Source: Candidatus Latescibacterota bacterium
Lineage (GTDB): Bacteria > Latescibacterota > UBA2968 > UBA8231
Direction: 5' to 3'
NCBI GenBank assembly: GCA_965248355.1
Contig: OZ252098.1
Span: forward strand, 1,376,001 to 1,440,000
Length of the DNA: 64,000 nucleotides
Positions 58,997 through 64,000 of the stretch are shown piece after piece. Both the position numbers and the translations under genes were made by a program. The notes below the pieces were generated by a model that searched no databases, was not told the origin of the DNA, and saw only the letters and a list, made by a program, of their open reading frames with translations. How positions within the stretch are numbered: the first letter of the stretch is position 1; the number at the start of each line of letters is the position of its first letter.

Positions 58997-59905
58997 ATGA
59001 CCATCACAGCCGACGTTCAGACCCTTCCGCAGCGCATCCTCGGCAAGACCGGCGAGCGCGTCCCCGTCCTCGGCCTCGGCTCGGCCTGCGGAGGACTGGG
59101 CCTGGGCGACGCCGAGGCGATCGAGCTCTACGAGAAGGCCATCGACCGCGGCGTCACCTACATCGACACCGCCCCGGGCTACGAGCGCGCCCAGCGGCAG
59201 CTCGGACACGTGGTGCCCCGCCGCCGCGACGAGCTCTTCCTGGTCACCAAGTCGCCCACCGCCGACGGCGCCGAGGCCGTGCGCCTGCTGGAGCAGAACC
59301 TGCGCGATCTCGGCACCGACGCCGTGGACCTGTGCTACGTCCACTCCCTGGGCAACTACGACGTCGACCAGGTCCTGGCCCCCGACGGCGCCCTCGCCGG
59401 TTTGCGAGAAGCCCAGAGGCGGGGGCTGACCCGCTACGTCGGCTTCACCGCACATCACAAGACCGGAAGCTCGGAGCGCGTCCTCCGGGAGGCGGAGGTC
59501 GACGTCATCATGGTGGCCCTCAACTTCGTCGACCACCACACCTACGGCTTCGACCGCACCGTGCTGCCCCTGGCCGCCGAACGCAACGTCGGCGTGGCCG
59601 CCATGAAGGTCTACGGCGGCGCCGAGGCGATGGAGTACCAAACGCGGGAGGACGAGGACCAGCGCCCCTCCGCCCTGGAGGCCAGCGCCCCCGCCTTCGA
59701 TCACGAACGCGCCCTGCGCTGGGCCCTCGGCCTGCCGGGCGTCAACGTCGCCGTGGTCGGCATGTACTCCGAGGAGGAGCTGGACCGCAACATCGAGTGG
59801 GCCCGCCGCTGGCAGCCGCTGACAGCGGAGGAGGAGGCGCAACTGCTGGAGGAAGGCCGGCGTATCGCCCGCTCCTGGGGCGACCACTACGGGGATACCA
59901 CATGA
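58997..59905 (+). CDS. Aldo/keto reductase
   Basis: R.LGKTG..V..LGLG, IDTA..Y, LVTK, L.TD.VDL...H, AMK. Confidence 0.9.
   Translation: MTITADVQTLPQRILGKTGERVPVLGLGSACGGLGLGDAEAIELYEKAIDRGVTYIDTAPGYERAQRQLGHVVPRRRDELFLVTKSPTADGAEAVRLLEQNLRDLGTDAVDLCYVHSLGNYDVDQVLAPDGALAGLREAQRRGLTRYVGFTAHHKTGSSERVLREAEVDVIMVALNFVDHHTYGFDRTVLPLAAERNVGVAAMKVYGGAEAMEYQTREDEDQRPSALEASAPAFDHERALRWALGLPGVNVAVVGMYSEEELDRNIEWARRWQPLTAEEEAQLLEEGRRIARSWGDHYGDTT
59456..59895 (+). repeat. Copy 1 of a ~440-bp imperfect direct repeat (AKR 3' half)
   Basis: Aligns by eye with 61243-61681. Confidence 0.92.
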
Positions 59906-60852
59906 CAACGCCCAAGGGCCAAACAGAACACGCACTGATCGGCGAAGTCGAAAAGCTGATCGATGAAGGAGCGCGGCTCTACGAGAAGGAAACGGAGGAG
60001 TTTCCCCGCCTCCACTTCGACCGGCATCTCTACCAGCCCCTGTTGGTTGAGAAGAGCGACAAGGTAAAGACGGCGCCCCCGGCGTTGAACCAGAGCGAAC
60101 AGCGGTTCGTGAAGGATCTGAAAGCCCACTGGAAAGCCGAACGCGACCGATCCCTCGCCGGGATGGAACTGTTCCTCCTGCGGAATCTGAGCCGTGGGGT
60201 CGGCGTTGGCTTCTTTGAGACAAGAGGCTTCTATCCTGACTTCATCCTCTGGATCAAGAAGGGGGAGCAACAGCACATCGTCTTTGTGGAGCCGCACGGA
60301 ATGATCCACGCAGAAGCATACCAGCACGACGACAGGGCCCGGCTTCACGAAAGGCTGGCGGAGTTGACAAGGGAACTCGGCAATGAGAATGTGACCTTGG
60401 ACTCCTACATCATTTCCGCAACTCGTTACGACGACCTTCGCAAGAGGTACGACGACGGTTCATGGGACATGGAGAGATTTGCAGGGGCGCATATTCTGTT
60501 TGCGGAAGACTGCTACATCAAGAGGATCTTTCAGGGAGTTTGCCAGGCAAGGCTGCACTTCCCTGAAGACAGAATCGCCGAATTCTGCCGGCGCCATCAC
60601 ATCCGGCGCATGGCCCTGTTCGGCTCGGTTCTCCGCGACGACTTCACCTCCGAAAGCGACGTCGATGTGCTGGTGGAGTTCGCGCCCGGCCAAACGCCGG
60701 GACTGGCCTTCATCACCATTCAGGACGAGTTGTCGGAGATATTCGGCCAGCGAGTGGATCTGCACACCTTCAGCGGAATCGAGGGAAGCCGGAACCGGTT
60801 GCTTCGGGAGGAGATTCTCAAGTCTGCGGAGATTCGGTATGAGCAGGCGTGA
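59902..60852 (+). CDS. Restriction-endonuclease-like C-terminal fragment fused in frame to a MntA-type nucleotidyltransferase
   Basis: HLYQPL, LN.SE..FV..L, LLRN...G.GFF...FYPDFILW...FVEPHG; then FGS-x10-DVD and VDL.T. Confidence 0.75.
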   Translation: MTTPKGQTEHALIGEVEKLIDEGARLYEKETEEFPRLHFDRHLYQPLLVEKSDKVKTAPPALNQSEQRFVKDLKAHWKAERDRSLAGMELFLLRNLSRGVGVGFFETRGFYPDFILWIKKGEQQHIVFVEPHGMIHAEAYQHDDRARLHERLAELTRELGNENVTLDSYIISATRYDDLRKRYDDGSWDMERFAGAHILFAEDCYIKRIFQGVCQARLHFPEDRIAEFCRRHHIRRMALFGSVLRDDFTSESDVDVLVEFAPGQTPGLAFITIQDELSEIFGQRVDLHTFSGIEGSRNRLLREEILKSAEIRYEQA

Positions 60853-61183
60853 TGACCGGGTAAGCCTGGTCGATATGCTCATCTACGCCAGGGAAGCCGT
60901 CGCCTTGTCCGGGCAGAAAAGTCTGAAGGACCTGGAAAAGGATCGGGTTGTTCAGCTCGCCCTGCAGAAACTGGTGGAGATTGTCGGCGAAGCGGCCAAT
61001 CGCGTTTCCCAGGAGACACAGCAAGGTCATCTGGAAATCCCTTGGCCCCAAATCATCGGAATGCGCAACCGCCTGGTTCACGGCTACGATGAGGTCAATC
61101 TCGAGATCCTGTGGAAGATTGTTGAGACTGACTTCCCTCCACTCATCCAGCAACTGGAAGAGATCGTTGGAGACGAGCCATAG
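60839..61183 (+). CDS. HepT-like HEPN ribonuclease (DUF86)
   Basis: EIVGEAA, IPW..I.GMRNRLVHGY (Rx4HxY); overlaps the MNT stop. Confidence 0.9.
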   Translation: MSRRDDRVSLVDMLIYAREAVALSGQKSLKDLEKDRVVQLALQKLVEIVGEAANRVSQETQQGHLEIPWPQIIGMRNRLVHGYDEVNLEILWKIVETDFPPLIQQLEEIVGDEP

Positions 61184-61242
61184 CGGCACTTGCCGCCCCG
61201 GACCGGGGGCGGCGATGTTTCGGGCGAGGGCGATCCTACCAC

Positions 61243-61691
61243 CACAAGACCGGAAGCCGGAACGCGTCCTCCGGGAGGCGCAGGTCGACGTCATCATCGT
61301 AACCCTCAACTTCGACGACCACCACACCTACGGCTTCGACCGCACCGTGCTGCCCCTGGCGGCGGAGCGCAACGTCGGCGTGGCGGCCATGAAGGTCTAC
61401 GGCGGCGCCGAGGCGATGGAGTACCGCACCGGTGAGGACGAGGACGGGCGCCCCTCCGCCCTGGAGGCAAACGCGCGGGACTTCGACCACGAGAGAGCCT
61501 TCCGCTGGGCCCTCGGCCTGCTTGGCGTCGGGGTCGCCGTGATCGGCATGTACTCGGAGAAGGAGCTGGACCACAACATCGAGTGGGCCCGCCGCTGGCA
61601 GCCGCTCACGGCGGAGGAGGAGGCGCAATTGCTGGAGGAGGGCCGGCGCATCGCCCGCTCCTGGGGCGACCACTACGGGGACCTGCTGTGA
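61243..61691 (+). pseudogene. Duplicated 3' half of the aldo/keto reductase (repeat copy 2)
   Basis: Near-identical peptide ERVLREA.VDVI...SWGDHYGD; lacks the 5' half; 1-nt deletion near its start. Confidence 0.88.
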
Positions 61692-61933
61692 CCCTCTCCG
61701 CTTTGCGGCGGGAGCCGCCCGAGGGCCGCGCCGACTTCGTCAGGGAGATCGCCGACGACGTGAGCCGGCGCATCCGCGAGGGCCTCGTGGCCGAGGCCGA
61801 GGCCCGGGAGTTGGCCGCGGGTCTGCGCTTTCAGGCGGGACTGCTGCTGCCGGGCCGCCTGGAGGCGTTCGACCGCATCTACGGCTCCCGCTTCGAGCGC
61901 CTGATCCGCCAGTTCCTGCGCGGGGAGAGCTGA
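61688..61933 (+). CDS. Small hypothetical protein
   Basis: GTGA overlap with the AKR copy-2 stop; host-like codon usage; F..IY.SRF.RL..QF. Confidence 0.55.
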   Translation: MTLSALRREPPEGRADFVREIADDVSRRIREGLVAEAEARELAAGLRFQAGLLLPGRLEAFDRIYGSRFERLIRQFLRGES

Positions 61934-62061
61934 AGGCGACGGCGGTGGTCCCTATGCGTTCGGGTATCGTCGACACCAGCCGGCCCGTCTTGCGAGGTAG
62001 GAGGACAGCGCCGAGCGTTGATGAAGTTGGCTCATCGATCGGATGAGGGAAGCTCGGGTTT

Positions 62062-62853
62062 CTACGGTAACAGAACTGGCTTCAGATCAAACCTGTTCCC
62101 ATCGGTGCTCATTTGATAGAGTGGTATATCGGGCATTTCCTTGAGAAGAGCAAGAACCGTCTCGATGTCTGAACGGGAAGCACGTATACCGAAGGTGATG
62201 GACCGTACGCGTGCATCCGTACTCTTTTCACGGACGAGTTCTCCGGGCTCTTTTGAAAAGAAAACTAGCCGCCACTCAAGCTCGTACCTCCAGCACGGAG
62301 CTTTCGTGTACAGAATCTTATTCATGAAGCCCACAGGGTCTTCAAAGAAACTGAGATCCTCGGTTATTGGACGCCTGTTACTGTATTCGACCCTCCTGCA
62401 TGCACTTCCTCCCAGGTCGTTGTTGGGCGTGCGTTCGTATTCGATACAGATACCCCTGTGGTTGTCGGCGTAGTGAGACCACATAAGCACTTCGAACGGC
62501 GTAGCACTGAGCGAAGCAACACCACAAGTCCGTATTGCTTCCTGCATCCACGAGAGGGCTTCAATCATCTTCTGTCTCTCGTCATGCACATTGTCAACGG
62601 TGTAGTTCTCCGGTTCGCCCTTGGATCGTGCGCATTCGTTCAAGTGGGCGGCAATGTCCGCGTCCGAAAATGAAGGCTTGAAGACAGAAAGTGTATCAAA
62701 GGGATCATTGAATGAGCGGGGCTTGGCGAGCCAGAGAATCCCTTTGACCAAGCTCGATATGGAATGTTTGTCAATGGGGCAGTACCTAAACAGTGAAGTA
62801 GGGTTGTCCGAAGAGATTTCCTCTCTTGAAATCAAGACTGCATTCCTCCTCAA
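62062..62853 (-). CDS. DUF2971-domain protein
   Basis: LFRY, FNDPFD, LMWSHYADNH.GICIEY, V.Y, K...W.YE.EWR; markedly lower GC. Confidence 0.85.
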   Translation of the reverse strand: MRRNAVLISREEISSDNPTSLFRYCPIDKHSISSLVKGILWLAKPRSFNDPFDTLSVFKPSFSDADIAAHLNECARSKGEPENYTVDNVHDERQKMIEALSWMQEAIRTCGVASLSATPFEVLMWSHYADNHRGICIEYERTPNNDLGGSACRRVEYSNRRPITEDLSFFEDPVGFMNKILYTKAPCWRYELEWRLVFFSKEPGELVREKSTDARVRSITFGIRASRSDIETVLALLKEMPDIPLYQMSTDGNRFDLKPVLLP

Positions 62854-62928
62854 AGAAAGTGCCTGGCAAGGAGAGGCTTGGATTTCCTCTTCGCAGTCCT
62901 GACGGTTCCGCCGCCCCGGCGGTAACCC

Positions 62929-64000
62929 TCAGAACGCCGTCGCCGAGACCGCCTTGGCGATCATCAGCGTGGCGGCGCAGAACATGCCCACCAGGGACAT
63001 GCCCACCCCGAAGCCGACGGCCAGGACCATGGCGTACTGGCGCCACTGCTGGCGGCCGTAGCGCGGCCAGAAGTAGTGCTTGGCGATGAGGGCGCCGATG
63101 ACCTCGGTGAACATGGCGAAGAAGGTCGCCGCGCCCGCCGAGGCCACGCCCCGGATGAAGCCCCAGACGAAGAACATGGGCATGCCGAGGAACCCGAGGA
63201 TCGAGTAGAGGCCCAGGCCGAAGACCAGGCCCACGACCATGATGGGCCACTTCACGCCCTTCGTGGGGTGGCCCAGGTCCTCGTCGATCTCGCCGTCGCC
63301 GTCGTCGTCCTTCTGGTTGAGGACCTCCTCGTCGGCCAGGCCGTCGAAGTCCTCGTCGCGGCCGTCGCCCGTCGACTTCGGGTCCTTCCAGAAGATCTGG
63401 AAGAACATGGGGGTCTCCAGCGAGCCCTGGAAGAAGTCGCCCCGGAAGCCGGGATGCGTGTCCAGCTCGAAGAGACAGACCACCTCGCGGTCGTGCCAGG
63501 CCTCCGGCAGGCGCACGCGCAGCATGGTCTCGGCCTGGGCCACCACGCCGCCGTCGGCGGGAGACAGCCGCAGGGGCCGCGGCAGGTCCGGGTTGGTCCT
63601 GCTGTCCGGGGGCGGCTCGAGCAGGACCGGCTGCTGCCGGTCGGCGCCGGCGCCGGGGAAGTCGGTGTAGAAGTACCCCGTCGCCGACCAGGGCCCGTAG
63701 CGCCGCAGCCCGGGATTCTGGATCTGCACCTCGTCGGAGACCCGGACGCGCCAGTAGTAGAGGGAACGGTCCTTCAGGTTGGCCGGGCTCCAGGCCACCT
63801 CTCCCGGGGGCAGGACGCGGCCCTCCACCTCTTCCCCCGCCTCGTAGGTGAGGCTGTACTGGGTCGCCGAGAACCGCACCGCCTCCTGGAAGGCGCGGGC
63901 GGGCCAGAAGGTCTGCACGTAGGGGTAGGCGTCGGAGGGGATGGGAGCCAGCTTCCACAGGAAGCTCCAGTACATCAGGCTGGCGCCGAGGACGATGGGC
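62929..64000 (-). CDS. OPT-like oligopeptide transporter, C-terminal part (5' end beyond the window) with a large soluble insertion
   Basis: W.LAPIPS..YPY.Q.FW and terminal TM helices (W..YA.VL.VGF.VG); insert with YYWRVR and DEDFDG..DEE/DDDGDGEIDED. Confidence 0.6.
   Translation of the reverse strand, partial: PIVLGASLMYWSFLWKLAPIPSDAYPYVQTFWPARAFQEAVRFSATQYSLTYEAGEEVEGRVLPPGEVAWSPANLKDRSLYYWRVRVSDEVQIQNPGLRRYGPWSATGYFYTDFPGAGADRQQPVLLEPPPDSRTNPDLPRPLRLSPADGGVVAQAETMLRVRLPEAWHDREVVCLFELDTHPGFRGDFFQGSLETPMFFQIFWKDPKSTGDGRDEDFDGLADEEVLNQKDDDGDGEIDEDLGHPTKGVKWPIMVVGLVFGLGLYSILGFLGMPMFFVWGFIRGVASAGAATFFAMFTEVIGALIAKHYFWPRYGRQQWRQYAMVLAVGFGVGMSLVGMFCAATLMIAKAVSATAF

Overview
High-GC bacterial chromosomal window. 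The gene content (PhyH dioxygenases, Gfo/Idh/MocA, CehA/McbA hydrolase, FlgD-Ig-type C-terminal tails) suggests a Latescibacterota/Gemmatimonadota-like organism; this is an inference only. Left arm (1-19 kb): nth, an AbiEii-like/XRE pair, a catabolic run (AGE epimerase, GMC oxidoreductase, CocE hydrolase, hydantoinase A/B, D-aminoacylase), a broken DUF5674-like gene, a divergent SecY paralogue, vapBC and three catabolic genes. Centre (19.4-38.4 kb), accessory region: an IS256 relic carries an ISL3 and an IS3. The IS3 carries an 822-nt group II intron that has lost its RT, has EBS1/EBS2 matching the transposase catalytic motif, and would restore an open orfB on splicing. Next comes a visibly lower-GC minus-strand cluster (GT-B/transglutaminase fusion, GT2, 10-Cys exported mini-protein, CBM9-like protein, DsbA, LRR/TolB, TPR), the best candidate for an undescribed system, followed by IS21, IS630 and IS1182-like elements. 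Right arm: sugar-acid and oxidoreductase genes, an operon joining comA with archaeal-type pantoate kinase and phosphopantothenate synthetase, a RecQ-UvrD double helicase, a restriction-nuclease/MNT plus HEPN cassette lying within a 440-bp duplication of an aldo-keto reductase 3' end, DUF2971 and a partial OPT-like transporter. No rRNA, tRNA or CRISPR array was seen. All family calls come from motif recognition by eye, not database searches.
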